Assembly: GCA_963789905.1 (NCBI GenBank)
Contig: CAWBMK010000007.1
Coordinates: forward strand, 189,955-253,954
Length of the DNA stretch: 64,000 nt
Origin: an uncultured Chloroflexia bacterium
GTDB lineage: Bacteria > Chloroflexota > Limnocylindria > Limnocylindrales > CSP1-4
Direction of reading: 5' to 3'
The translations under genes and the position numbers were made by a program. The notes beneath the pieces were generated by a model. The model had not been told where the DNA came from. It did no database searches and saw only the letters and a program-made list of their open reading frames with translations. Of the stretch, positions 35,825 to 46,011 are shown piece after piece. The stretch's first letter is position 1, and each line of letters opens with the position of its first letter.

Positions 35825-35853
35825 TCGGGAACGGCTGACCCTACAATCCCGCC

Positions 35854-36315
35854 GTGTCCCTGTTCCCCGTGGTGCTCATCACCCACATCTGCCTCGCCCT
35901 GGCCCTCGTCATGCCGTCGCTGTTGCTTCCGTTCGCCCTTCGGGCGCAGCGGCGAGCGTCGCCCGACGTCGACAACGGCCGGGTCGTCCGAACGCTGATG
36001 TGGCTCGAGATGCACGGCACCGGCGTTCTCGGCCTGGGGGTCGCTGCGACCGGCATCCTGCTCATCGTCGTCATCGGGCCGGCCATCGTCGGTCAGCCCT
36101 GGCTCATCGCGGCGCTCGGCATCTACACGGTGATCCTCGTCGTCGCGTTCTTCGTCCAGCGACCGGCCCTGGCGACGGTCTTCGGCGCCCCCGCCCGCCC
36201 CGATGACCCGAGCTGGCGTGAACGCGCCAAGCGCCTCCGCTACATGTCGTACTGCCTCGCAGCGATGGTCGGCCTGATCGCGTTCCTCATGACACAGAAG
36301 CCGGAACTCTGGTGA
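35854..36315 (+). CDS. membrane protein (DUF2269-like)
   Basis: 4 TM, N-terminal His, PWL, C-terminal LMTQKP. Confidence 0.7.
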   Translation: MSLFPVVLITHICLALALVMPSLLLPFALRAQRRASPDVDNGRVVRTLMWLEMHGTGVLGLGVAATGILLIVVIGPAIVGQPWLIAALGIYTVILVVAFFVQRPALATVFGAPARPDDPSWRERAKRLRYMSYCLAAMVGLIAFLMTQKPELW

Positions 36316-37703
36316 CGGCGATGCCGGTATCGGGTCCGACGGCCGCGATCACGAACCTCGGCTGCAAGGTCAATCAGTCCGAGCTCGAAGGCCTTTCGCG
36401 AGCCCTCCGCGAGCGTGGTGTCCCGGTGAGCGGCGACGGGACCGGGGTCGATCTCCACGTCGTGAACACCTGCACCGTAACCGCTGAAGCGGACGCCAAG
36501 TCTCGGGCCGCCGTTCGCCGGGCACGGCGGGCTAGCCCCGATGCGACGGTCGTCGTGACCGGTTGCTCGGTCAGCGTCGCTCCGGGAACCTACGTCGATC
36601 TTGATCCGACCGCCGTGCTGATCGACAACGCGTCGAAGGCGAGCCTCGGCGCAGAGGTCGTGACGCTGTTGGGCGCGCTCGACGGTCCGGCCGATCGGGT
36701 GCCGCTCAGTGGGCCGCTGCCGACCCTGGCCGGACCCGAGCTCGTCGGCGCCGCCGATCGCCGATCCGTCGCAGATCGAACCCGCGCCTTCGTCAAGGTC
36801 CAGGACGGCTGCTCGTTCTTCTGCACCTACTGCCTCATCCCGCGGGCGCGTGGCGCGGAGCGGTCCGTGGCACCTGAGGCCGTGCTGGCCGACGTTCGAC
36901 GGGCGATCGCCGCGGGGCATCGCGAGATCGTCCTGACCGGGATCAACATCGGCACGTACGACGGTGGCTCATCGGAGAGGGGTTATCGCGGCTCGCGTCA
37001 TGGCTCGGCATTGACCTTGGCCGGGCTCGTGCGGCGAATCCTTGACGAGACGGCGGTCGAACGGCTGCGCATCTCGTCGATCGAGCCGCAGCACCTCGAT
37101 GAGGATCTCCTGGCGGCCTGGGTCGATGGCGCGCCGCGCACGCTGCCCCACTTCCACCTGCCGCTGCAGTCCGGCGACGATGGGATCCTGCGGAGGATGG
37201 GCCGTCGGTACGACACGGCCGGCTACGCCGCGATCGTCGGCCGGGCCCGCGCGGCAGTGGCCGGCCTGGCCGTCCACGCCGACGTGATGGCCGGCTTCCC
37301 GACGGAGGATGGGGCCGCCCACGAGCGCACGCTGGCCTTCCTCCGCTCGCTCGAGCCGGCCGGCCTCCACGTCTTCCGCTATTCGGAGCGGCCGGGAACA
37401 GCGGCCGTGCGGATGGCCGGCGGCGTCGATGCGCCGTCCCGCAAGCGGCGAGCGGCCGACCTTCTGCGGCTGGCAGCCGAGGCACGCACGGGATTCGCTC
37501 GTCGCGCCATCGGCCAGGAGCGCCGCGTCCTGTTCGAGGAGCGCGGGAGCGACGGGCGGTGGGTTGGTCGGGCGGAGGACTATGTCGAGGTCGCCGTCGG
37601 GGGTGCCCTCGAGCTGGCGAATCGCGTCGGCCGGGTGCGCATCGAGGCGATCGACGGGGACGTGCCGGATCGGGCGATCGGCCGCCTGTTGAGCGCGGCC
37701 TGA
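36312..37703 (+). CDS. mtaB: tRNA t6A37 methylthiotransferase (MtaB-like radical SAM)
   Basis: LGCKVNQSE, NTCTVT, KVQDGCSFFCTYC, HLPLQSG. Confidence 0.88.
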   Translation: MTAMPVSGPTAAITNLGCKVNQSELEGLSRALRERGVPVSGDGTGVDLHVVNTCTVTAEADAKSRAAVRRARRASPDATVVVTGCSVSVAPGTYVDLDPTAVLIDNASKASLGAEVVTLLGALDGPADRVPLSGPLPTLAGPELVGAADRRSVADRTRAFVKVQDGCSFFCTYCLIPRARGAERSVAPEAVLADVRRAIAAGHREIVLTGINIGTYDGGSSERGYRGSRHGSALTLAGLVRRILDETAVERLRISSIEPQHLDEDLLAAWVDGAPRTLPHFHLPLQSGDDGILRRMGRRYDTAGYAAIVGRARAAVAGLAVHADVMAGFPTEDGAAHERTLAFLRSLEPAGLHVFRYSERPGTAAVRMAGGVDAPSRKRRAADLLRLAAEARTGFARRAIGQERRVLFEERGSDGRWVGRAEDYVEVAVGGALELANRVGRVRIEAIDGDVPDRAIGRLLSAA

Positions 37704-37715
37704 ACGGAGGGGTCG

Positions 37716-38063
37716 ATGACGACCGATTGCCTGTTCTGCCGCATCGTCGCCGGTGAGATCCCGGCGACGATCGTCCACGAGGACGATCTCGTCATCGCCA
37801 TTCGCGACATCGCCCCGCGGGCTCCGACGCACATCCTCGTCCTGCCGCGTGAGCACATCGCGTCGGCCGCCGAGCTCACCGACGACAACGCGCCGCTCGT
37901 CGGACGGCTGTTCGCGGCTGCAGCCGAGATCGCCCGGGCCGAGGGCATCGCCGACGCCGGCTACCGGCTCGTGACCAACGTCGGTCGCTGGGGTGGCCAG
38001 ACCGTCGACCATCTCCACGTTCACCTCATGGGTGGCCGTCCCTTCGAGTGGCCGCCCGGCTGA
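37716..38063 (+). CDS. histidine triad (HIT/HinT) nucleotide-binding protein
   Basis: DCLFCRI, GQTVDHLHVHLMGGR. Confidence 0.95.
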   Translation: MTTDCLFCRIVAGEIPATIVHEDDLVIAIRDIAPRAPTHILVLPREHIASAAELTDDNAPLVGRLFAAAAEIARAEGIADAGYRLVTNVGRWGGQTVDHLHVHLMGGRPFEWPPG

Positions 38064-38629
38064 TGCGGGTCTTCGTCGCGCTTGCAGCGGGGATCGCGGT
38101 CTTCGTTCTCGTCCTGGTCGTGATCGGCTCGCTGACTGGTGGAGGCGGAACGCCCGCTCCATCCGGCTCGGTGCCCTCGCGGAACCCATCCCCATCGTCC
38201 TCGCCGACGACGTCGCTGGCTGCCCAGGCGACCCGGGCCGAGGTCGTCAGCGCCCTGTCATCCAGATCGATCGGCGTCGAGAATGCCATCACGCCGTATC
38301 GCCCACCGGAGGCGCCGCTCCTGCAGTCGGCGCCGCGGCTCGTCCTGCAAGCCTTCCTGCCTGCGGACCCGCTGGCCGGCCACATCGTCGTCTACGAGCT
38401 GCCGACCGCGGCCGATGCCGACAGCGCCGGACGCGAGATGGCACAGTTCATCGCCTCGGGACCCGGTCGCGTGAACTTCACGCCCGATTCGGTGTTCGTG
38501 GTGCGCCAGCTCGGGCCGACACTGATCTTCTACACGTATGCGCCCGGCTCGCTCAGCGACCCTGCTGCGGCCGCGGCGGTCGCCGAGGGCCTCTCGTCGA
38601 TCGGAACGGCCGTCCCGATCGTCGGATGA
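38063..38629 (+). CDS. hypothetical membrane-anchored protein
   Basis: N-terminal TM, Ser/Pro linker; TGATG coupling to HIT. Confidence 0.7.
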   Translation: MRVFVALAAGIAVFVLVLVVIGSLTGGGGTPAPSGSVPSRNPSPSSSPTTSLAAQATRAEVVSALSSRSIGVENAITPYRPPEAPLLQSAPRLVLQAFLPADPLAGHIVVYELPTAADADSAGREMAQFIASGPGRVNFTPDSVFVVRQLGPTLIFYTYAPGSLSDPAAAAAVAEGLSSIGTAVPIVG

Positions 38630-38711
38630 CCGCGGAGGGCGGTGTCAGCGGGTGCCTCTCTCCGGAGCGGGCGGGGGTCGATCGGCGGTTGGGCCGCGGC
38701 CACCAGAGACT

Positions 38712-38909
38712 CCGAACAACGCACGCCTGGTGAGCGCACTGCGCCCGGTCAGAGATCGGACAGTGCGCTGTCGGTTTCTCACGGCGGAATCAGCTGGCGG
38801 ATAGCCGCCTGCGGCTATCAGAGGACGTCAGCCGGTACCGAATCTCGATCGATTGCTCCGACTAGAGGCTCGGTTGCCGCTCAACGCCCGCTGGGCGTGC
38901 GTTGTTCGG
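38712..38909. repeat. 198-bp MITE/REPIN-like element, family A, copy 1
   Basis: Perfect 16-bp terminal inverted repeat CCGAACAACGCACGCC; internal 9-bp inverted repeats at 38733/38761 and 38800/38811; arms match 57251-57442. Confidence 0.75.
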
Positions 38910-38956
38910 CTACGGCGGCCTTTGGCCCGAAACGTGCGGAACTTCTCGCATACCTT

Positions 38957-38994
38957 GATCGCTGATACCCGATCGGGCGATCGCTGATACCCGA
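38957..38994. repeat. 16-bp direct repeat x2
   Basis: GATCGCTGATACCCGA at 38957 and 38979. Confidence 0.85.
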
Positions 38995-39013
38995 CCCGCT
39001 CGCCGGACGGTGA

Positions 39014-40678
39014 TCAGGAGCGGTCCGAGGCGACCCAGGCGGCAACGAGATCGCGCTTCACCTTGAGCGTGTGGGTGCGCGGGAAATCGGCCTCGGGCCA
39101 CAGACGCCAGCCGACGATCCGCTGCGCCTGGCCGAGGTTCGAATTGGCCTCCTTCACGGCCGCATCGATGCCAGCCTTGACGGCCGCCGGATCCTCCGCC
39201 ACCTCCGACGACCCGCGCGATGGGATGTCGCCGCCCTGGGGGATGCCATGAGTTCCGGGCGCCAGGACGATCGCCTCGAGGCGGCCGGGTTCCGTCTCGA
39301 GGACGACCGAGTCGCGGATCCCGGCGTTGCGGAGGGCGTTCTCCATGTCCTCGGGATACACCTTGAAGCCGTTCGGCAGGACGATCCGATCCTTCGTCCG
39401 ACCGGAGAGGATGAGGCGGCCGTCGGGGTCGAGGTGACCGATGTCGCCCGAGTGATACCAGCCGTCGACGTCGATAGCCCGGGCGGTCGCCGCTGGATCG
39501 CTCCAATAGCCCTTGAACAGCGTCGGGCCGCGGAAGAGGATCTCGCCGTCCGACGCGATCTGCATCTCGACCGGCGGTTGCGGTCGGCCGACGGTGCCGA
39601 GGCCGTGGTCTTCGCGCGTCGTGCAGGTTCCGAACCCGTTCTCCGTGGAGCCGTAGCCCTGGATGACGATGACGCCGAGGTCCTCCCAGCTCTGCTGGAG
39701 GGCCGGCGGCAGGAAGGCCCCGGCGCTGACCATGATGCGGAGCTCTCCGCCGAGCGCGGCGTGGACCCGTCGGAACAGGAGTCGACGTGCGGGGTAGGGG
39801 AGGTGCCGCCCGAATCCACGGAGGCGGTCGAACATGGCTCGCCTGCCGCTCTTGTCGACCTCGCGGCTGATCGCCTCCCAGAACAGGTCGAGGACCTGGG
39901 GTACGACCACGAGCGACGTGACGCGGTGATCGCGCAGGGCGTCGAAGATGACCCGCGGGTTGCGACTACGGACGTACAGGACGTCGGCCCCGACGGACAT
40001 CGCGTAGAGCACGCCGACCGACTGCTCGAGCAGGTGGGACAACGGCAGCAGCGACACGATCCGGTGCTCGAGCGGCGGGATGACCCGATGCATCGACCCC
40101 ACCGACTCGACGATGTTGTCGTGAGCGAGCATGACGCCCTTCGGGGTGCCGGTCGTGCCGGAGGTGAACACCAGCTCCCAGATCTCGTCGGGTCGCGGTC
40201 GCTCCCAAGTGTCCAGCTGCTCCTCCCAATCGGCCGGGAAACTGTCGTCGGGCTCGGCGCAGATCGCCTCAACGGTCGTCGTCGGGAAGTGCTCGAGTCG
40301 GACCTCGCGCGGATCTGGGGCATCGCGCCCGGTGCCCAGGATGAGGTGGCGCGGCTCGGCTTTGGCGACGACGCCGGTGATCGCCTCGGCGCTCATCCGC
40401 AGGTCGAGCGGGACGAGGATGAGCCGCGCCCGGATCGCTCCGAAGTAGGTGGCCGGGAGCTCCGGCGTGGAGGGGCTCCAGGTCAGCAGCCGATCGCCGG
40501 GCTGAAGCCCGAGCGCCCGGAGGCGCCAGGCCGCGATCCGGCTCCGCCGCTCGACCTCCCGGTACGTCCATCGATCCGTGCTTCCGTCGTCACGCCGGAT
40601 CCCGAATGCCGGCCGATCGGCGTACCGTCCGACCGCCTCGTCGAGCAGGTCCAGAAGCGTCTCCATCTGACCGCGCAT
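39014..40678 (-). CDS. AMP-binding long-chain acyl-CoA synthetase-like protein
   Basis: FTSGTTGTPKG, LPLSH, QGYGSTE, WYHSGD, GRTKD; start at 40678 or 40666. Confidence 0.9.
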   Translation of the reverse strand: MRGQMETLLDLLDEAVGRYADRPAFGIRRDDGSTDRWTYREVERRSRIAAWRLRALGLQPGDRLLTWSPSTPELPATYFGAIRARLILVPLDLRMSAEAITGVVAKAEPRHLILGTGRDAPDPREVRLEHFPTTTVEAICAEPDDSFPADWEEQLDTWERPRPDEIWELVFTSGTTGTPKGVMLAHDNIVESVGSMHRVIPPLEHRIVSLLPLSHLLEQSVGVLYAMSVGADVLYVRSRNPRVIFDALRDHRVTSLVVVPQVLDLFWEAISREVDKSGRRAMFDRLRGFGRHLPYPARRLLFRRVHAALGGELRIMVSAGAFLPPALQQSWEDLGVIVIQGYGSTENGFGTCTTREDHGLGTVGRPQPPVEMQIASDGEILFRGPTLFKGYWSDPAATARAIDVDGWYHSGDIGHLDPDGRLILSGRTKDRIVLPNGFKVYPEDMENALRNAGIRDSVVLETEPGRLEAIVLAPGTHGIPQGGDIPSRGSSEVAEDPAAVKAGIDAAVKEANSNLGQAQRIVGWRLWPEADFPRTHTLKVKRDLVAAWVASDRS

Positions 40679-40762
40679 GCTATCGGACCGACGTCCGACG
40701 GCGGCTGCGCGTTGCGGTCGTCCCCATATCGTGCTACCTTCAGTTAGCATGTTATCGAAAGA

Positions 40763-41695
40763 ATGATGGATACGCGGCGGGACGCCGTCACCGGGGCGTT
40801 CGGGTTCACCGGCCGAGCCATCGCTGAACGGCTCCTCCTGGCGGGGCGGAGCGTGGTCACCCTCACGCGGCGGACGCCCACCAACGACCCGCTCACCGGC
40901 CGGATGGATGTCGTCGGGCTGGATTTCGGCGACCCTGATCGGCTGCTCGAGGCTCTCGACGGCGTCGACACGCTCTTCAACACGTACTGGATCCGGTTCC
41001 CGCGCGGCAGCGAGACCTTCGAACGGGCAATAGCCGACTCGACAACCCTCGTCGTCGCCGCCCGCGAGGCCGGTGTGCGGCGGCTCGTTCATGTCAGCGT
41101 CGTCGGAGCGGATCCCGCCGGTCCGACTCCCTACGTGCGCGCGAAGGGTCTACTCGAGGCGACGATCAGATCGTCGGGCCTCGACTGGTCGATCGTTCGG
41201 CCGACGCTGACGTACGGTCCGAACGACATCCTCGTCAACAACCTCGCCTGGGCGCTTCGCCGGCTGCCCGTCTACGGCATCCCGGGGCACGGCCGATATC
41301 CCATCCAGCCTGTCCATGTCGATGACGTCGCTCGCATCTGCATCGAGGCGGCGGATGAACCGGCCGGGTCCCTCACCGATGCCGCCGGACCTGAGACGCT
41401 CGCCTATCGGGAGATGGTCGCCATCGTCCGCGCATCGATCGGGAGCCGGGCACTCGTCGTCACGATGCCCGGTCCGCTCGTGCTCGCTGCAGGACGCCTG
41501 CTCGGCCTCGCCGTCCGCGACGTTGTCCTGACGCGCGACGAGATCCGCGAGCTGACGAGTGGCTGGCTGTCCTCATCGGAGCCTCCCCGGGGCCGAATCC
41601 GTTTCAGCGACTGGGTGCCCGCGAATGCCGCCAAGCTCGGTCGCCGCTGGTCGAGCGAGCTCGCTCGCAACTACTGCTTCGATAGCTCCAGATAG
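40763..41695 (+). CDS. NAD-dependent epimerase/dehydratase (NDUFA9-like atypical SDR)
   Basis: VTGAFGFTG, YVRAK, IVRPT, QPVHVDD. Confidence 0.82.
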   Translation: MMDTRRDAVTGAFGFTGRAIAERLLLAGRSVVTLTRRTPTNDPLTGRMDVVGLDFGDPDRLLEALDGVDTLFNTYWIRFPRGSETFERAIADSTTLVVAAREAGVRRLVHVSVVGADPAGPTPYVRAKGLLEATIRSSGLDWSIVRPTLTYGPNDILVNNLAWALRRLPVYGIPGHGRYPIQPVHVDDVARICIEAADEPAGSLTDAAGPETLAYREMVAIVRASIGSRALVVTMPGPLVLAAGRLLGLAVRDVVLTRDEIRELTSGWLSSSEPPRGRIRFSDWVPANAAKLGRRWSSELARNYCFDSSR

Positions 41696-41820
41696 GCACG
41701 ATCTGACGCGAAACAGGCATCTGGTACACTCCGGCGGCCCTGAACGGGGTGACGGCCGACGCCGGTGGCGCCGAGCGTGGCCGAGAAGGCAAACAGGAAG
41801 CCTGGGGAGGTGAATCCGGA

Positions 41821-42009
41821 TTGGCGGAAGTCCGTGTGGGTGAGAACGAATTGTTCGAGAGCGCCCTTCGCCGCTTCAACAAGAAGATCCAGCAAAGCGG
41901 GATCCTGGCCGAGGCTCGTCGGCGCGAGCACTACGAGAAGCCCTCGGTGAAGCGGAAGCGCAAGGAAGCGAAGCGCCGCAAGGCAGCGCGTCTCGGACAG
42001 GCGGGTTAG
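41821..42009 (+). CDS. rpsU: 30S ribosomal protein S21
   Basis: [19 protein letters not shown]; TTG start after GGAGGTG. Confidence 0.95.
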   Translation: MAEVRVGENELFESALRRFNKKIQQSGILAEARRREHYEKPSVKRKRKEAKRRKAARLGQAG

Positions 42010-42060
42010 GCCCACCTCGGCAATGCCGAACGGGGGCAGACCCCGAACGGAGCCATACCG

Positions 42061-42510
42061 GTGACACTTCGCGACAGACTCCAGGCCGACCTCACCGCCT
42101 CGATGAAGGCAGGCGACGCGTTGACGCGCGACACCCTTCGCATGGCGTCGAGCGCGGCCTACAACGTTGAAAAGGCGCAGCGGGAACCGCTCACCGAGGA
42201 GCAGTTCACCGCCGTCCTCACGCGCGAGGTGAAGACCCGGCGCGAGTCCGTCGATGCGTTCCGAGCCGGTGGCCGCGAGGATCTCGCCGCCAAGGAAGAG
42301 GCCGAGATCGCGATCCTCAGCGTGTATCTGCCGGAGCAGCTCTCCGACGAGGCCGTCGCCGCACTCGTCCACGACGCGATCGAGGCGACCGGCGCGAGCG
42401 GGCCCAAGGACATGGGCAAGGTCATGGGCTGGCTCTCACCGAAGACAAAAGGTAGGGCGGACGGTAAGCGCGTCGCCCAGCTCGTGAACGAGGCGCTGGC
42501 CGCCGGATGA
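42061..42510 (+). CDS. GatB/YqeY domain protein
   Basis: RRES, GREDL, YLPEQLS, KDMGKVMG, GRADG; follows rpsU. Confidence 0.93.
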   Translation: MTLRDRLQADLTASMKAGDALTRDTLRMASSAAYNVEKAQREPLTEEQFTAVLTREVKTRRESVDAFRAGGREDLAAKEEAEIAILSVYLPEQLSDEAVAALVHDAIEATGASGPKDMGKVMGWLSPKTKGRADGKRVAQLVNEALAAG

Positions 42511-44660
42511 TCGCCCAGCAGGCAGGATCGGCCGCCCTCCGCTTCACCGGGCGTGACGCCCGGCGGGCCGTCATCGCGTTCGTGCTCATGACGATGTCCC
42601 TCACGACGATCCTGGCCGCCGATATCACCCCGTCCCAGGGGGCGCTCGCCGTCGGCGACGTCGCGATCGGCGACATCCGGGCTCCTCGCGCGACGTCGTA
42701 TGACAGCGCGATCCTGACCGCCGAGGCTGTCCAGAAGGCCCGTCTGGCTGTCGAGCCCCAGTACGACTTCAGCGCGGCCCAGGCCAACTCGCTGGCATCG
42801 CAACAGGCCGCGGCGCTTGCCCGGCTCGCAGCGCCGGTGAATGCCGCCTACGCCTCGACGCTGACCAAGGAGGAGCGCCTCGCGCTCCTCCAGACGGTCG
42901 TTCCCGGGCTGACCGAAGCGTCTCGGAAAACGCTCATCGGCCTTTCGGAGGACCGATGGACGGCTGTCGGTGAAGAAGCCGCACGCGTCCTCGACTCCCT
43001 GCTCCGTTCGGAGCTGCGCGACACGCAGGTCGCCCCGATCCGATCGAGCCTGGCCGGCCGATTCGGCGGAGATCTCGACGACGGCGAGCGGGCACTTGCC
43101 GCCGAGCTCATCGGGCCGCTCGTCGTCCCCAACTCCTCGTTCTCCGACCAGCTGACCAGCCAGGCGCGCGATCGCGCGGCCGAGGCGATCCAACCCGTCG
43201 CCAAGCAGGTCCGCCTCGGAGAGGTCGTCGTTCGCGACGGCGAGGCGATCACGCCGCTCGCCCTCGAGGCCCTCACCGCGCTCCGACTCAACGACGTCGA
43301 GCCGAACGTCACCGCGATCGCCGGGTGGGCTTTGCTGGCGGCCCTGCTGGCGGGGATCGCCCTCGCCTGGATCTGGCGCTTCCGGCCGCTGCTCTGGAAC
43401 CGCGACAACGCCCTCATCCTCATCGCGCTCACCATCCTGTTCTTCGCCTTCGCCCTGAAGCTGACGGCCGAGCGATCGATCCTGCCCTTCTTCGTCCCGA
43501 CTGCCGCAGCCGGGATGCTGCTGGCGATCCTCCTCGACGCGTCGCTGGCCGGCCTTGTCGTCGCCGTGATCGCTCTCATCGGCGGTGGTCTCAACGGGTC
43601 GCTCGAGCTCTCGACGTACATCCTGCTCGGCGGGTTGGCCGAAATCGTGGCCATCCGACGGGGCGATCGCTACGTGGTCTTCCTCCAGGCCGGCATTGCC
43701 TGCGCTCTCGTCTACGCAGGGGTCGTCCTCGCCTTCGCCCTCCTTGGCTCCTGGGATACGACCGGATTGCTCCAGCTGCTCGGGGCATCCGCGGCAGCAG
43801 CGGCGGGATCGGCGATCGCCGCGCTCGGCACGTTCGCAGTCCTCGGCAATGTCTTCGGGATCCTCACCGTGTTCCAGCTCCTCGAGCTCGCGAATCCCTC
43901 GCAGCCACTCCTCCGCCGCCTCCTCGTCGAGGCGCCGGGGACGTACCACCACTCGCTGATGGTCGGCAACCTCGCCGAGCGTGCGGCCGAGGCGATCGGC
44001 GCCGATCCGCTGCTCGTCCGCGTGGCCGCCTACTACCACGACATCGGCAAGCTCGAGGATCCACTCGCATTCATCGAGAACCAGGCCGGCGGGGAGAACG
44101 TCCACGACATCCTCGAGCCGGCCGAGTCGGCCCAGGTCCTTGCCCGCCACGTGACCGACGGGATCGAGCTCGCCTACCGGAACCGCCTGCCGAAGTCGCT
44201 CATCGCCTTCATCCCCCAGCACCATGGGACGTCGCGCATGAGCTACTTCTGGGCGAAGGCCCGCGAAGAGGCCGCGGTGCCCTACGGAGGTCTCGAGACG
44301 GCCGACGGTCGCCGAGCTGCGGACGCGCTCGACGACAACAAGTTCCGCCACATCGGCCCGAAGCCGCAGTCGCGCGAGGCGGCCATCCTCATGCTCGCCG
44401 ACGGGGTCGAGGCGTCGGTCCGGTCGCTCATCTCACGCGACGAGCCGGCAATCCGGGCGATGGTCGGGCGGATCATCGCGGATCGTCTCGAGGACGGCCA
44501 GTTCGACGAGTGCGACCTCACCCTGCGCGACCTCGAGCGGATCCGCGAGGCGTTTGTCAGCCAGCTCCTCGGGATGTACCACCAGCGGATCGCCTACCCG
44601 CAGAACAAGGTCGTCGAGCTCGAGTCGCGTCGCGCGGCGGGAGGCGACGGCGGCGCCTGA
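42507..44660 (+). CDS. 7TM-HD phosphohydrolase (PgpH-like c-di-AMP phosphodiesterase)
   Basis: Extracellular domain, 7 TM, APGTYHHS, YYHDIGK, QHHGT, LADGVEA. Confidence 0.9.
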   Translation: MIAQQAGSAALRFTGRDARRAVIAFVLMTMSLTTILAADITPSQGALAVGDVAIGDIRAPRATSYDSAILTAEAVQKARLAVEPQYDFSAAQANSLASQQAAALARLAAPVNAAYASTLTKEERLALLQTVVPGLTEASRKTLIGLSEDRWTAVGEEAARVLDSLLRSELRDTQVAPIRSSLAGRFGGDLDDGERALAAELIGPLVVPNSSFSDQLTSQARDRAAEAIQPVAKQVRLGEVVVRDGEAITPLALEALTALRLNDVEPNVTAIAGWALLAALLAGIALAWIWRFRPLLWNRDNALILIALTILFFAFALKLTAERSILPFFVPTAAAGMLLAILLDASLAGLVVAVIALIGGGLNGSLELSTYILLGGLAEIVAIRRGDRYVVFLQAGIACALVYAGVVLAFALLGSWDTTGLLQLLGASAAAAAGSAIAALGTFAVLGNVFGILTVFQLLELANPSQPLLRRLLVEAPGTYHHSLMVGNLAERAAEAIGADPLLVRVAAYYHDIGKLEDPLAFIENQAGGENVHDILEPAESAQVLARHVTDGIELAYRNRLPKSLIAFIPQHHGTSRMSYFWAKAREEAAVPYGGLETADGRRAADALDDNKFRHIGPKPQSREAAILMLADGVEASVRSLISRDEPAIRAMVGRIIADRLEDGQFDECDLTLRDLERIREAFVSQLLGMYHQRIAYPQNKVVELESRRAAGGDGGA

Positions 44661-45237
44661 GCGGGCGGTCCGCGTCTACCGACCCCCGTGGCGCATCGAC
44701 GTCACCATCCGGTCGGGCGTCGCGCACGTCGTCTCGATCGCTGCCCTCGCGCGGACGATCGCCGCCGCGCTCGATTCGACCGGTCCGCCAGCGCCAGCCT
44801 CGATCGGCCTGATCCTCACGGGCGATGCCGAGCTGTCCGAGCTGAACGTTACCCACCTGGGCCACTCTGGGCCGACCGACGTGCTGTCCTTCCCGCTGCT
44901 GGAGCCTGAGGCTTATCCGCCGCATCAGGGTCGCCTCAACCAACCCGCCGATCGACCGACCGCTACGGCCTTTCGGCTGCCGCCAGGCCGGCGCCCGCAC
45001 CTCGGCGACATCGTCGTCTCGGTCGAACGCGCGATTGATCAGTCCGAGTCCGGCGCAGGCGGCCAGACGAACGACGTGACCTGGTCGCCGGCCGACGAGC
45101 TGCGCCTCCTCGTCGTCCACGGCACGCTCCACATCTGCGGCTGGGATCATGCGCGACCGGCCGAAGGAGCCGCGATGCGTGACCTCGAGCGAACGATCCT
45201 CAACCGTCCGTCACGGGGCCGTCGCGGACGGGGGTAA
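44656..45237 (+). CDS. ybeY: rRNA maturation endoribonuclease YbeY, start codon unresolved
   Basis: PTDVLSF, LGDIVVS, VHGTLHICGWDH; follows pgpH-like gene. Confidence 0.85.
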   Translation, partial: PERAVRVYRPPWRIDVTIRSGVAHVVSIAALARTIAAALDSTGPPAPASIGLILTGDAELSELNVTHLGHSGPTDVLSFPLLEPEAYPPHQGRLNQPADRPTATAFRLPPGRRPHLGDIVVSVERAIDQSESGAGGQTNDVTWSPADELRLLVVHGTLHICGWDHARPAEGAAMRDLERTILNRPSRGRRGRG

Positions 45238-45327
45238 TATCGGCACGCGGGGCCCGACGGAGTCGTTCGGGCCCGATTCGCGTGTCCGCCGCAGCTCACG
45301 CGTCCGTTGGAGAGGGATCGCCTGCTC

Positions 45328-46011
45328 GTGAAGATGATCATCGGCCTCGGGAATCCGGGGTCGCAGTATGCCGAGACCCGCCACAACATCGGCTGGATGG
45401 TCCTCGATCGATTGGCCGATCGGGCCGGCTGGTCCGGTCACGGCCGTCAGCGAGATGCGGCGTCCGTCGTCCAAGGTCGTCATCTCGGCCTCGACCTCGT
45501 CCTCGCCAAGCCGCTCACGTTCATGAACGAGTCTGGCGTGGCCGTCCGCAAGCTGCTCGTGCGTCACCACGCGCCGCTCTCGGAGATCCTGGTCATCGCC
45601 GACGATTTCGCCCTGCCGTTCGGCAAGCTCCGCTTCCGGGAGGGCGGCGGAGCCGGTGGTCACAACGGCCTCGCATCGATCATCGACGAGATGGCGTCCG
45701 AGAAGTTCTCGCGCCTGCGGATCGGGATCGGGGAGCCCGGCCCGGCCGCGGTCGACCACGTCCTGTCCCGCTTCACGGTCGAAGAGCGGGCGCGGCTGCC
45801 GGAGCTTCTCGACGCCGCGACGGACGCGGTCGAAGCGTGGGCTCGTGACGGGACGAGCAAGGCCGCGAATCGATTCAACACATTCCAGCTCCGCCCGGCC
45901 GAGGAGACGATGACCGCGGCACCGGGCGAGGTCGATGGGCCGCCTGGGCCGGACGGGATCCGCCGAACGAAGACCGGCTGGCGACGCGTCCTTCGACGCG
46001 GGGAGCCGTGA
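45328..46011 (+). CDS. pth: peptidyl-tRNA hydrolase
   Basis: IGLGNPG, TRHNIG, KPLTFMNESG, GGHNGL, RLRIGIG. Confidence 0.95.
   Translation: MKMIIGLGNPGSQYAETRHNIGWMVLDRLADRAGWSGHGRQRDAASVVQGRHLGLDLVLAKPLTFMNESGVAVRKLLVRHHAPLSEILVIADDFALPFGKLRFREGGGAGGHNGLASIIDEMASEKFSRLRIGIGEPGPAAVDHVLSRFTVEERARLPELLDAATDAVEAWARDGTSKAANRFNTFQLRPAEETMTAAPGEVDGPPGPDGIRRTKTGWRRVLRRGEP

Noticed and set aside
38642-38965. 107-aa ORF across the intergenic palindrome
   Set aside because: No coding-like composition or motifs; the region is better explained by the repeat element
40749-40766. Five-codon upstream ORF (MLSKE*) overlapping the epimerase start
   Set aside because: Too short to distinguish from chance without conservation or Ribo-seq data
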